Positions 13,601 to 27,078 of a stretch of DNA of 64,000 nt are shown piece after piece. Position 1 is the stretch's first letter; each line of letters begins with the position of its first letter. Source of the DNA: Eledone cirrhosa (taxonomy: Eukaryota). Made by a program: the position numbers and the translations under genes. The notes below the pieces were generated by a model. It was not told the origin of the DNA and made no database searches. It saw only the letters and a list, made by a program, of their open reading frames with translations. The DNA lies in assembly GCA_964016885.1 (NCBI GenBank), contig OZ024740.1:336722001-336786000 (forward strand), read 5' to 3'.

Positions 13601-14345
13601 TGGGATAGATTAGAGATTCTATTAGATACTCCCTTAGAGATAGAGTTCAATATAGATTTAGGGTGGTTAGACTTGGTATCTACGTAGATGAGTTTTTCAT
13701 TAGGTTTGTGGAAAGGTGCATATATCATTGAGTCTAAGTAGAGTGTGGCGTCTAGGAAGTTGACGTTTATGGTGTTTTTGTCCATGGTAATACTAAGGTT
13801 AAAGTTTTTGAATGTTTTGTGCAATAGTTTTCTACTCCTTTCTATATTGAATTTTTTATAGTCTATAAGTAGAAGTGCATCGTCGCGATACAAACCACCG
13901 CTGAGGTACGGAAGTTCCCTGTGGATTAGGTTAAGTAAGTATAGGCCAACCAAATCAGATTAAACACAAGATTTACCTTAAGCAATGGGGAAATACGGGT
14001 GAAGTGATTGAATGGTTCAAAAATATCATAGATAACAAGGATAAAAAATGTATTCAATTTGATATCAACTCTTACTACACCTCTATTTCTCCTATCCTAC
14101 TAAATAAGGCACTTATAATGGCCATGGACAATAGTGACTTGACTAGACCCCAGATTGATGTCATACTTGCGGCCCATAAAACAATAATCACCTTTGAGGA
14201 CCAATTATGGACCCGCAAGGATACGCAAAACAACTTCGACATTACTATGGGGTCTAGTGACTCGGCGCAGGTCACTGGTTTGGTTGGCCTATACTTACTT
14301 AACCTAATCCACAGGGAACTTCCGTACCTCAGCGGTGGTTTGTAT
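10668..14345 (-). mobile_element. Penelope-like retroelement (RT plus C-terminal GIY-YIG endonuclease), 5'-truncated with an inverted 5' segment, inserted in (TA)n
   Basis: ORF 12466..13953 (-) has GGLYRDD, NFLD, a CxCx5Cx5C linker (CNCRSSRTCPLDKKC) and IIY...YIGST...FKTRYNSH. The upstream RT part (IQFDINSYY...MGS) is on + at about 13960-14345. (TA)n on both sides. Confidence 0.9.
10876..10924 (-). ncRNA. Minimal type I hammerhead ribozyme in the Penelope 3' region (variant core CCGAAGA)
   Basis: Minus strand: TTGCT-CCGAAGA-A-TCCAAAC(CTCG)GTTTGGA-G-GAA-ACAATTGT-A-AGCAA. Stem I TTGCT/AGCAA, 7-bp stem II, palindromic stem III, GUA cleavage triplet. Confidence 0.75.
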
Positions 14346-14384
14346 ATATATATATATATACTTATATATATATATATATATATA

Positions 14385-14467
<83 letters not shown>

Positions 14468-14514
14468 TTATATATATATATATATATATATACTTATATA
14501 TATATATATATATA

Positions 14515-15418
14515 TCATCATCATCATATCATCATCACCGTTTTACATCCGTTCTTCCACGCTAGCATGGGTTAGACGGGTTGTCCTGTTGTGGGCAGTG
14601 TCTGGTCGGCTGACCATGCCTTGCTCATACAGGAACTGTATATATATACTTATATATATATATATATACTTATATATATATATCATCATCATCATCACCG
14701 TTTTACGTCCGTTCTTCCACGCTAGCATGCGTTAGACGGGTTGTCCTGTTATGGGCAGTGTCTGGTCGGCTGACCATGCCTTGCTCATACAGGAGCTAAT
14801 TTGGCTTGATTTCTACAGCTGGATGCCCTTCCTAACACCAACCTCATTTACAGTGAGTGCTGGGTGCTTTTTCGTGGCGCCTACACGTCCACTTTACAGT
14901 GTGGGCTGGTTGCTTTTTTGCTGTGGCACCTCCACGACCACCTTGCAGTGGGGGGTGTGGGGGCATATTGTCCATATGCATCAGCTTGTACCCATGAGAG
15001 GTCGGGTACTCTGTATTTGCTGCGTGACACCAGAGGTCACGGTCGTGTGTCATCGCCTTTGAGAGGTGTAATTGGGTAAGGTTGGCTTTTATCACCTCAT
15101 CCCAGGTCATCTTGGGTCTCCCCACTCTGCGGTTTCCATCGACTTCTAGTGCTCTGCACCTTTTTATGCAGCTGTCATCCTGCATACGCATCACATGTCC
15201 ATACCAACGCAACCGCCTCTTCTGTACACAGCATTTGATTCCTCTTATGCTCAGTCTTTCTCTCAATTCATTTAGGCTTTGTCGGTCGCATATATTACTA
15301 TTACACATCCATCGGAGCATGCAGGCTTCGTTTCTCTCTAATCTACGTAAGTCTTCCACCTTCAGTACCCAGGTCTCACTACCATGCAACATTGCTGTTC
15401 GGATACACGCATCATACA
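14515..15418 (-). mobile_element. RTE LINE subfamily B 3' fragment (14683-15418) plus an extra copy of its 3' tip (14515-14637)
   Basis: Reverse complement of about 35780-36513; ORF 14844..15392 LHGSETW...RRLRWYGHV...GRPK; (GAT)n tail abutting (TA)n. Confidence 0.9.
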
Positions 15419-15505
15419 GTATATATATATATATATATACGTATATATCATAAGTATATATATATACTTATATATATATATATATACTTATATATATACA
15501 CTTAC

Positions 15506-16309
<804 letters not shown>

Positions 16310-16340
16310 TTATATATACATATATATATATATATATACT

Positions 16341-16427
<87 letters not shown>

Positions 16428-16566
16428 TTATATATACATATATATATATATATATACTTATATATACATATATATATATATATACTTATATATATATATA
16501 TATATATACTTATATATACATATATATATATATATATACTTATATATACATATATATATATATATA

Positions 16567-16633
<67 letters not shown>

Positions 16634-16656
16634 TTATATATATATATATATATACT

Positions 16657-16691
<35 letters not shown>

Positions 16692-16861
16692 AATATTAAA
16701 TAAATGGAAAACTATATTTATAAAACCATATTTATTTCATTATATATATTTCGGGGATATCATATTAACAATATGCTATGATTAACAATATGATATCCCC
16801 GAAATATATATAATGAAATAAATATGGTTTTATAAATATAGTTTTCCATTTATTTAATATT
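16692..16861. repeat. Fold-back inverted repeat (about 75-bp arms) next to (TA)n
   Basis: AATATTAAATAAATGGAAAAC...TTCGGGGATATCATATT versus AATATGATATCCCCGAA...GTTTTCCATTTATTTAATATT. Confidence 0.9.
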
Positions 16862-17036
16862 ATAAATATACTCCAAGTATTTGTCGAGTGCTTTTATATC
16901 AGTTATAAATATTTACTAGTTGTAACCCAACAATTTTAAATATAACTTTACATGTATATATATATATATATACTTATATATATATACTTATATATATATA
17001 TATACTTATATATATATACTTATATATATATACTTA

Positions 17037-17602
17037 TATATGAAAGACGTAAAATAAGAAAATTATAAAAATTAACTTACTTACTAAAATTTCACTCCAA
17101 CTAATTAGTTTCTGAAAGGGAATAAACATGGTTTCTGAATGGAACATGGAGAATACCTTTCATCATCAGGATGTCAATTCTCAGCTAAGTTCCCAGGCGA
17201 TGCGTGGACACAGGGAACTTATACAAAAAGAATTCAGTGGATGGAAAAAAGCAAGTGAGGACTAAATTCCAGGACATTGAAAAAATCACTGCCTACTTGG
17301 TCGGTGGCAAATTCAAAAGAATCAATTACATGACATTGAGGTTAATCAGTGAGGAGTGGGTGTTAATAAGACAGTAGCCGGACTATTACTATGAACTATA
17401 GTAATAGTTTTGGCAAATTTTTGCTCAACAAAATAATTTGGAGATAATTATAAAGAATTAGTATATCTACCAACATATATATACAGATGCATACCTATGC
17501 TAGCAAATATATAGGTTTTGTCTTAGTAATTTTGTGGTTCAATGCAAGGGGATGCAGAACAATTATATGAAAGACGTAAAATAAGAAAATTATAAAAATT
17601 AA
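17037..17602 (-). mobile_element. Penelope pseudo-LTR / retrozyme-like unit with terminal redundancy and a hammerhead-like motif
   Basis: Direct repeat TGAAAGACGTAAAATAAGAAAATTATAAAAATTAA at 17041 and 17568 (527-bp period). Minus strand at about 17097-17171: CTGATGA-TGAAAGG...CCTTTCA-GAAAC-TAATTA-GTT. Confidence 0.55.
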
Positions 17603-19706
17603 ATAAATGGGAGAAGGACAGTCTCCCACATCGACCCAATAGAGGGACCAGCAGTGTTAGTTGAAGGTAGTATAATAAGTAAGGCAATCAAAGATATGAA
17701 GACGGGTAAGGCGGCTGGGCCTTCGGAAATAGTTGCTGAGATGCTGAAAGCCTCTGGAACGGTGGGACACACCATGGTCACCCGGATAGTAAACCAAGTC
17801 ATACAGAATGGGGTTGTTCCGAAGGACTGGCGTAGCAGCATCATCATTAACTGTTACAAGGGTAAAGGAGATGCCCTAGATAGGAGTAACTATAGAGGCA
17901 TTAAATTAATCGACCAGGTCATGAAGGTCACGGAGAAAGTAATAGTGCAACTAATCAGAGAGAGAATTGATCTAAATGAAATGCAGTTCGGGTTTGTGTC
18001 AGGTAAAAGTACCACAGACGCTCTTTTCATTGTACGACAACTACAGGAGAAGTACCTAGCTAAAAGTAAACCCCTATACTTAGCTTTTGTCGACTTGGAG
18101 AAAGCCTTCAACAGAGTCCCCCGTTCCATTATCTGGTGGGCTCTTAGAAAACTAGGTGTTGATGAATGGCTTGTGAGAGCTATACAAGCCATGTATAAAG
18201 AAACAGTCAGCAAGGTTAGAATTAACAATGAATATAGTGAAGAGTTTAGCATAAAAGTTGGTGTTCATCAGGGCTCTGTTCTTAGCCCCCTACTATTTAT
18301 TATTGCCCTTCAGGCTATAACAGTGGAGTTCAAGACCAGCTGCCCATGGGAATTCCTATACGCAGATGATCTAACGCTCATATCTGAATCAATGGCCGAG
18401 CTAGAGAAGAAATTCCAAACATGGAAGCACGGCCTAGAATCAAAAGGCCTTAAAATTAACCTGGCTAAGACTAAAGTTCTAGTTTGTAGGAAAGAAAATA
18501 AGGCGCCGGTCCCTTCCGGGAAATGGCCATGCTCAGTGTGTAGGAAAGGCGTAGGTATAAACTCCATTTTATGTCCCAAATGCAAAGTATGGGTGCATAA
18601 AAGATGTATTGGGATCACAGGTAAACTAACTAAGAACATAGATTTTACATGTGGCCGGTGCTCTGGTGCAATAAGTAGCAGCAAGTGCCCACAAAATACT
18701 AGCTCTTTCAATTGCGCAGAGGGTTCTATAGAAATAGTGGACAGCTTCCGTTACCTGGGTGACAAAATCAGCAGTGGGGGAGGGTGCTCTGAAAGTACAG
18801 TAGCTAGAGTCAGAACTGGATGGAAAAAGTTCAGAGAGCTTATACCACTATTAGTCGCTAAAGGGTTCTCCCTAAAAATGAAAGGCAGGCTGTATGATGC
18901 CTGCATACGAACAGCAATGTTACATGGCAGTGAGACCTGGGCATTGTGTGCAGAGGATATACGCAGACTAGAGAGGAACGAAGCTTGCATGCTCCGCTGG
19001 ATGTGTAATAGTAATATATGCAAACGGCAAAGCATAAACGAACTAAGGGAAAAATTAGAAATAAGAGGGATCAGATGTTGTTTAGTCGAGAGAAGGCTAC
19101 GTTGGTATGGTCACCTGATGCGCATGAAAGACGACAGCTGTATAAAAAAGTGCAGGGCAATAAAGATAAACGGTAGCCACGGAGTAGGCAGACCCAGAAA
19201 AACCTGGGACGACCTGATAAATTCCAACCTCACACACTTACACCTCTCCAAGACAATGTCACTGGACCAAGATCTTTGGCGGTACTCAGTAATAGAGAAG
19301 ACCCGCCTTACCTGAATACAAAGTAAAACCTACTACAGTCAGTAGGCATCTCTAACAAAACACACACCCGTCCCACCACCCCCACCCCATCCACACCGCC
19401 CCTTTCAATGTAAAGTTATGTTGGTGCCACAACATCCAGGCCGAAACAAATGAGATCGTGTAGGTGTCACGACAAAAAAAACACACAGTCCACGCTGTAA
19501 TATGGCCGTGTAGGCAACACGGTAAAAACCTCCCAGTCCCACACTGTAAATGTGGTTGGTGTTAGGAAGGGCATCCAGCTGTAGAAAACCCGCCAGACAG
19601 TCTTATGCGAGCAAGACAACCACTCTTGCCTCAAGTGGGAAAACTCCCATCCAAACCCATGCAAGCGTGGAACATGGACGTTAAACGATGATGATGATGA
19701 TGATGA
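17603..19706 (+). mobile_element. RTE-clade LINE subfamily A, 5'-truncated, RT frame intact (553 aa), (GAT)n tail into (TA)n
   Basis: KGKGD..NYRGI, QFGF, FVDLEKAF, GVHQGSVLSP, YADD, FRYLG, RRLRWYGH, GRPRKTW. Confidence 0.95.
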
Positions 19707-19728
19707 TATATATATATATATATATATA

Positions 19729-19869
<141 letters not shown>

Positions 19870-20054
19870 TTATATATATATATGACTGTACATAAGCAGG
19901 ATACAGACCCCTCGGCCTCTCTGGGAGGTCAGTAGCCCCGTTTCAGTACTAATTTGGTCTATGCAAACCCATCCAACCCTTGCTAGCAGGGAAAGAGGAT
20001 ATTAAATGATGATGATGATATATATATATATATATATATGTGTGTATGTGTGTG

Positions 20055-21161
20055 TATACTACTAAAACTCTGTGATTGTGTGCTTGTCTGTAATTTAATA
20101 CAACCAAAATGGCGCATAATGGGAGAATACTTTAAAAGGAAGTTGACCCTGAAATGGGAATACAAATGGAATAAAACAAGTTTCGCGTAAATTTGAGCAC
20201 GGGTTTCCGAGATACAAGGTTTTTCTGGGTACCTTCATCAAAAGAGGGAGAGAGAAAGAGATAGCGGTTGGGAGAGGGTAGATTGAAAAAGAGACATAGA
20301 AAGAGAGAGAGAAAGAGACAGTTCTCACACACATATATATATATGGGCCTTCCAATTTCATTTTACATTATATACATGTCTGTGTATGTTTTAATTATTT
20401 AAAAATTATTTCTAAGTGAATCATCATCATCATCGTTTAACGTCCATCATCCACGCTAGCATGGGTTAGACGTGAGTTGTCCCAATTTGAGGCAAGGTTG
20501 GCTGAGAGACCGTGTCTCACTCATATAGGACTATCTGGCAGGGTTTCTACAGCTGGATGCCCTTCCTAATACCAACCACATTTACAGTGTGGACTGGGAA
20601 CTTTTTACTGTGCTACCTACATGGCGACATTACAGTGTGGACTGTGTTTTTTTTGTCGTGACACCTACACAATCTTGATCTCATTATCTCATTTATTTGG
20701 ACTGGATGTTGTGGTACCAACTTTACAGAGAGAGGGTGGTGTTGGTGGGAGTGAGAGGATAGAGTAGGAGTAGTGAGTGGATTGGGGTGTATATTTGGTT
20801 AAGAGGTGCCTACTGACTGTAGGTTTTGCTTTGAATATGATTTTTTTTAAATATTTTTAAGTGAACATGACCCAACGAGTCACAGGTGGTCTAGTATACT
20901 ACTAAAACTCTGTGATTGTGTGCTTGTCTGTAATTTAATACAGCCAAAACAGCACATAATGGGAAAATCTTTGAAAGGAAGTTGCCCCTGAAATGGGAAT
21001 GCAAATGGAATAAAACAAGTTAATCGGAGCATGGTTTCCTGAGATACAGTGTTTTTCTTGGTACCTTCATAAATAGAGAGAGAGAAATAGATAGTGGTTG
21101 TGAGAGAGTAGAGAATATTTCCTGCTAAATAGAAAAGGTTTCTAAGTGTATGTGTGTATTT

Positions 21162-21206
<45 letters not shown>

Positions 21207-21269
21207 TGCATATGTGCGTGTGTCTGTAACCAATATATATAGGTCACAGACACCCACGTATATATATAT

Positions 21270-21327
<58 letters not shown>

Positions 21328-21456
21328 GGCTTCCAATTTCATTTTACATTATATACATGTCTGTGTATATTTTGATTATTTAAAAATTAAAAGTGAACAT
21401 GATTTTTATAAAACATTTTTAAGTGAACGTGACCCAATGGGTCACAGGTGGTCTAG
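20055..21456 (+). mobile_element. Two head-to-tail non-autonomous Helitron-like elements (20055-20894 and 20895-21456); the first is interrupted by an RTE-derived 3' fragment at about 20420-20835 (-)
   Basis: Both start TATACTACTAAAACTCTGTG and end with a short hairpin (GTGACCC-AAT-GGGTCAC) about 8 nt before CTAG; internal sequences are homologous. Confidence 0.7.
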
Positions 21457-21458
21457 TG

Positions 21459-21492
<34 letters not shown>

Positions 21493-21589
21493 TATATATA
21501 TTATATATATATATTATATATATTATATATATATATTATATATATATATTATATATATATATATTATATATATATATTATATGTATATT

Positions 21590-21639
<50 letters not shown>

Positions 21640-22185
21640 TTCGTTTTCGAATTTGTTTTGCAAGATTTCTTACCTGAAAACGTGTGTTGAAACAGATATT
21701 GTTAAACTATGGGTCATGCTGCCAATAAAACACACACACTTGTTGGTTTTCACTTCAATAAATTTCCAGTTGGTTGGCTGGTTGGTTCAGTAATCGGATG
21801 GTTGTTTATATATTGCCAAAGCTCTTTCCTCACACATTTAGTTACTGGGGTTTTATTTTGTGTCTCTCCTTTCTTCTGTCCTACACCATCTTGTTTTTGT
21901 GTGCTGTGTGCTTGGTTTGTGCATGCGTTACATCCGGGTGTGTGTCTGTGTGTTTATTTATTTATGTGTTTATATACTTGTCACTAGTTGGTTTTTTGTT
22001 CTATCTGTGTGTGTCTGGTTTGTTTTATTAATTTGGTTTTTGTGTGTCTCTGTATGTCTTTATTTTGTCCTTAATTACTAGTTGTGATGAAGCTATACCA
22101 ATTCTCTTCAACTAGCTTCGTAAACCAATATTTATATATACTACACTTTGATTGTAGCCAAAAGGCCAAGAAGCAAATATTTATA

Positions 22186-23075
22186 TAATAATAATAATGG
22201 AATTATTGTGTACAGTGCTCAGGGGTACTACAACTCATCAAAGGTGCATATATAGTACATAGAATAATCTACAAATGTCAGGAAAGTGAACAGTGTATGA
22301 GTCATGATATACATGTATGCGTGTGTATGGAGGGGGGGATATCAGGTGTAGTGTTGGCGAATTTCAGGAAGCATGAAGATTTTAAAGGATGCAGTGTCTC
22401 GGCAGCTAACAACTGATGCAGGTAGTTTATTCCATGCTTCAGCAACTCTGAACGTGAAAAAATGTTTCCGAATGTCATGGGAGCTGTGCTGTTTTCTGAC
22501 TTTGTAGGCATGCCCATGGGTGTTAGACACATGGAATTCAAAAAGGTGCTCAGGGTTGTTGTTGGAAAGATGGTTAATAATTTTGTGGGTGTTTACTAAG
22601 TCAGCTGCCAGACGTCAGAGCTTCAATGTATCATGCCCAGTGAAGCAAGGCGTTCAGAGTATGGTAGATGCCTGATGGAGGGTATTCGCTTGGTTGCACG
22701 TCTCTGAACAGTTTCCAGGTCAATGTTCTGAGCAAGATAGGGGTTCCAGACTGGTGATGCAAATTCTAAGTGTGGCCGCACCATAGCTAAACACAGCTTT
22801 AAACAGATAGCTGGAGAGCAGCTGACAAAGGTCTTGCTGAGTGATACCAAGACACCCTCAGCCTTCTTAACAATTTTAGAGATGTGCTTTGTCCAACACA
22901 AATCGCTGCTGACAGTAATGTCATGTTGACAAGAAGACTTCTTGATATTAGTGTTGTTGAGGGAGTATATATATACACTGGGTTTTTCCTCCCAAAATGC
23001 ATGGTGGTACATTTGTCCACAGCCAGCTTGAGTTACCAGTCTATCTGTAACAACTTGTCCAATCTTGCTAGCAAG
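22186..23075 (-). mobile_element. CR1-clade LINE 3' fragment
   Basis: ORFs VRPHLEFASPVWNPY...VQRRATKRI...YSERL and GHAYKVRKQH...FFTFRVAEAWNKLP. Confidence 0.9.
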
Positions 23076-23259
23076 AAAAAACAGATGTTGAATGGTGATG
23101 ATATATATATATATGAAATTAGTGCATTTCAATCCAAATGACCATAATAATAGTAAATCATTATAAATAATATTTGAGAAAATCAGGTAAATTATGTGTG
23201 TGTGTCAGTTAACTAATATAATCTATTCTCTCTCTCTCCCTCCTTCTCTCCCCCAACAG

Positions 23260-23389
23260 GTTTCTAGTGGTCCACATTCACCAGCTATGAAAGGTATACC
23301 TATACCTGTAGACTTCAACCAATCCACTAGGTGTAATGCTGCTCCATTTGATATTGACGAATACCAACCCCCACTTCAATCACGTCCAG
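23260..23389 (+). CDS. SQSTM1: SQSTM1/p62-like internal exon (phase 0 to 1)
   Basis: Long pyrimidine tract plus CAG acceptor, donor |GTGAGT; open frame VSSGPHSPAMKGIPIPVDFNQSTRCNAAPFDIDEYQPPLQSRP; phase matches the ZZ exon. Confidence 0.75.
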
Positions 23390-24133
23390 GTGAGTATGTT
23401 ACTTCTACAGGTAATTTGATAATGTTTAAGTATAACCACTTAAAAAATTGATCGACAAGATCCTAAACCTCATTCAATTACTAAGTGAGGGCGAACTCAT
23501 CAAATCAGACCAAGGAAATAATGTTTCCAGTGGTATTTCTATTATGATACTCTCTACCAGTCACAAACCCTGGCGGAAAGAGTTACATGAAATACAGTAT
23601 CTTGCTCAAGGACATAACACATTGCCGAGTCCAGGAATGAACTTGCAACATTAAGATTGTGGATCCAGTTATTTAACCCCGAAGCCATGCACCTTCACAT
23701 ATACATAATTTACTCATTACCAATGCTAATTCTGTTGTATTTCATTTAAATTCAGAATATGTGACACCATACTAAAAATATTAAAGACCTCTTTTGTCTA
23801 CACCTGAATGGTTGTAGTTGTTATTACTGTCTATCACATCTCTGAACTGCTATCAGCAACTACTACTTTTGCTAGTATCTAACACAACCATGAGATAACC
23901 ACATCAGCTAAACATAGCTTTACTGTAGCTAACAAAACCAAGCAACAAACAGAGGAGGGAGAAGTAAAAAAGGGCAGATCTGGCTGTAAAGGAAAGTAGG
24001 AGAAAGGGCTATAAATGCCATAAATGAGAGGAAAAGGAGGGAAAAGGCATGGACTGTGATACCATGTAAAGGAGAGTGAAGAGGAGAGGGTTATAGGCTC
24101 TGTGCCTAGAGTGGGGCAATGTTCAGGCTGTGT

Positions 24134-24333
24134 NNNNNNNNNNNNNNNNNNNNNNNNNNNNNNNNNNNNNNNNNNNNNNNNNNNNNNNNNNNNNNNNNNN
24201 NNNNNNNNNNNNNNNNNNNNNNNNNNNNNNNNNNNNNNNNNNNNNNNNNNNNNNNNNNNNNNNNNNNNNNNNNNNNNNNNNNNNNNNNNNNNNNNNNNNN
24301 NNNNNNNNNNNNNNNNNNNNNNNNNNNNNNNNN
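24134..24333. other. Assembly gap (200 N)
   Basis: Run of N. Confidence 1.
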
Positions 24334-24571
24334 AACACCAATCCACCCTGTAAAGTGGTAGTGTTGATGCTTCAAAAAAGTTCCCAATGTACACTGTAAG
24401 GTGGTTTGTATTAGAAAGAATATTCAGCAGAAAAAAAAAAAACCAAAACAGTATTCATGTGTAAGACATGGTCACATGACCTTGTCTGACCTTATAAAGT
24501 CACAGCCTGTCTAACCCATGCAAACAGTGAAAATAGACATTAAACAGTGATGGTGGTAGTGGTGTTAATGA

Positions 24572-24740
24572 TAATGGTTTCAGATTTAGGCACAAGGCCA
24601 GCAATTGAGGGGGGGGGGGGGTTAATTACTGGTACCATAAGGTTCAAAGGCGGGATTTGAACTCAGAACGTAAAAGGACGTAACTCTATGCTGCGAAGCA
24701 TGGTGTTCGATGCTCTACCAATTCTGCCAATCCACTGCAT
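24572..24740 (-). mobile_element. tRNA-derived SINE, internally deleted copy of the 41045 family
   Basis: TGGTTTCAGATTTAGGCACAAGGCCAGCAATT and GGATTTGAACTCAGAAC match the family. Confidence 0.65.
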
Positions 24741-25143
24741 TAGTGGAGTTGATGATAATGTCGATGACTACAGCCCTTAGCAGATGGCACAAGTTGAAAC
24801 AATGTTTGAGAATAGGTTAAGATCTTTTTGTGATTTATACATTATCAAACCAGAAGCTTTCAACACACATCAGCTTCTTGGTAATTCCTTATACTAAACT
24901 ACACACTATCTTATGTAGTATATTATAGAGCTTCAACTCTTTTGACTGCCATTGTGATCAATTTATTACCCAACCAACTGAAACCAGCTCTGGCTCTATG
25001 AAATAAAACCACCCATTAAAATGGGTGGTTCAGTAATAGAATAATTAATAATCTTAGTAAATCCCTTAAAATTCTACATTAGTGTATCTTTCATTAGAAA
25101 TATAGTCACAAAAGTGTCACTCATGTTATTCTGTGTATGTGAG

Positions 25144-25199
<56 letters not shown>

Positions 25200-25980
25200 C
25201 ACACACATTTTATTAGAGCTCATCAGTGATACCTAGACTTCCCTGTATTTGCCAAAGTAATATTGAAAGAATCACTAAGTCGATGTTCATTGTTATACAT
25301 ACTGATACCACTATGATTTATATCTTTCCTAGCTACCATCTATGATCAAACTCACCATGATGATGAAATCTTCTGTATTTTATTTCTCATTATGTTTGAC
25401 CTAGTCAGATTTCTCACTCTCTAGCAACATCTTACATCAGATTTCACTAAATTATTAAATGAATAATTGTGTTTTTAATACAATCAAAATGTCATAAAAA
25501 CATTTTAAAAAGATAATCACACACCATTTAAAGATACTGACTTCTGTCATAAATTTATTGTAATGTTATCTTAATTACTGTATATAAAACAATCACTTCA
25601 CCTTTCCCCATTCATAATTTTATTATTTTATTGAGCTGGCACAGACAGTATAGAATTTGTTTAGATGTCTCATGATTTTAAATTCATATTGAAATTTACC
25701 ACTATACACACCAGCATCATCATTATCATCGGTTTTATGCTTATTTTTCCGTACTGGCAAGGATTGGATGGGACTTTTTGAGGCATAATTTTATGGTTAG
25801 ATGCCCTTCCTCATGTCAAGTAAGATACAGATTTTTGCACGTATAACTGCTGAGCCACAGGATCTCTTTTTACATGAAATATAAAGAAATATCTTCACCT
25901 ATGATAGAATACAAAAAGAAGCGAAGAGACAATCAAACATACACATGCACGCATACATGGTAATTGCTTCATCTTTGCAG

Positions 25981-26030
25981 ATGATTGCCATCTCCCTATG
26001 CACCCCCATCAACCGTCACCAACTCCAAAC
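25981..26030 (+). CDS. SQSTM1: SQSTM1/p62-like putative 50-nt exon (phase 1 to 0)
   Basis: Acceptor CTTCATCTTTGCAG|, weak donor |GTCCGT; encodes (D)DCHLPMHPHQPSPTPN and bridges the phase-1 end at 23389 to the phase-0 start at 27879. Confidence 0.5.
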
Positions 26031-26206
26031 GTCCGTTCATAGCCTCTTAGATGGTTTTTAAGTCCAGCTTTAGATTTGCATGGTCTGCAACAAATGTGAC
26101 AGACAAAAGATGTGCCCTCTATTTATTGGGTCAGTTTGTGGGATGTCATTCTTATGTACCCTCACATTCATACATACATACATACATACATACATACATA
26201 CATACA

Positions 26207-26660
26207 TGGTGGCTGCCAGCTCGTTTTCGAGTACGGCCACTACTTTATATCCATGTAGAAGAACCCCTACCAATGCGTTGAATGAGTGTGACTTTTTAGT
26301 CCAGCCAGCGACTTGAAAACTCTGGTACAAACACTGCACTTGTGACAATTATTGACACATAGTGCTGGGCTCATGGTACCATGTGACGACAAGTGCAGAG
26401 AGATCTCCAGATATAAAGCAATGCCTGTGCTGTGAAGTTTTTATAGTGAGCAAAGGCACTGCACAAAGCCAGTCCCACTCTCTTAACCAAGATGATATTT
26501 ACCAAAAAGAAGAACAAGTCAACATCATTGGATACCATCAGGGTTGCAGGTGTTATATCAGAATTTTCCTTCTCCTAGAATTCTGCCTTGACAAAGGCTA
26601 AGGGGTCATCTCTCGCGGTGATTTTGGATGGCCATTGACTCTTAAGAGCTCCTTTGCTCT
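26207..26660 (-). mobile_element. Second copy of the 15606-16215 repeat, in (CATA)n
   Basis: Direct sequence similarity; near-identical 79-aa pseudo-ORFs. Confidence 0.75.
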
Positions 26661-26687
26661 TACATACATACATACATACATACATAT

Positions 26688-26840
26688 AATGGGCTTCCTT
26701 ACAGTTTCTATCTACCAATTTCACTAACAAGGCATTGGTCGACCCAAGGTTATAGTAGAAGAAACTTGCTCAAGAGACTATGCAGTGGGACAGAATCCAA
26801 GAGTATATGGTTGTGGAGAGAACTTATTGACCACACAGCT
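26688..26840 (-). mobile_element. CORE-type tRNA SINE (related copies near 23580, 29140, 38625, 46660, 47550, 52600)
   Basis: Shared CAGTTTCYATCTACCAA...CACTTGCYCAAG...GAAC...AACCAC pattern among the copies. Confidence 0.55.
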
Positions 26841-26870
26841 AATTCTCTTTAGTTTAGATTTAGACCTTAA

Positions 26871-27078
26871 CCCTTTAATATTTAAACTGGCCATATCTGG
26901 CCAGAATTCTCTCACTTCTTTCTGTTCAAACTGACCATAACTTGCTACTCATACCGACATTAAGGTATTGTTCTCAAAATAAATAATATCAAAATCTCAT
27001 AGATACGATATTATGTGAGATAAAGCCTTTACCACAAAAATACAATAGTATATATAAAATAATGTAAATGCTAAAGGG
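26871..27078. mobile_element. piggyBac-type MITE
   Basis: TTAA|CCCTTTA ... TAAAGGG|TTAA termini; similar TTAA-flanked elements at 44515-44734 and 54470-54681. Confidence 0.7.

Noticed and set aside
23879-24399. ORFs spanning the X run
   Set aside because: Artefacts of the assembly gap.
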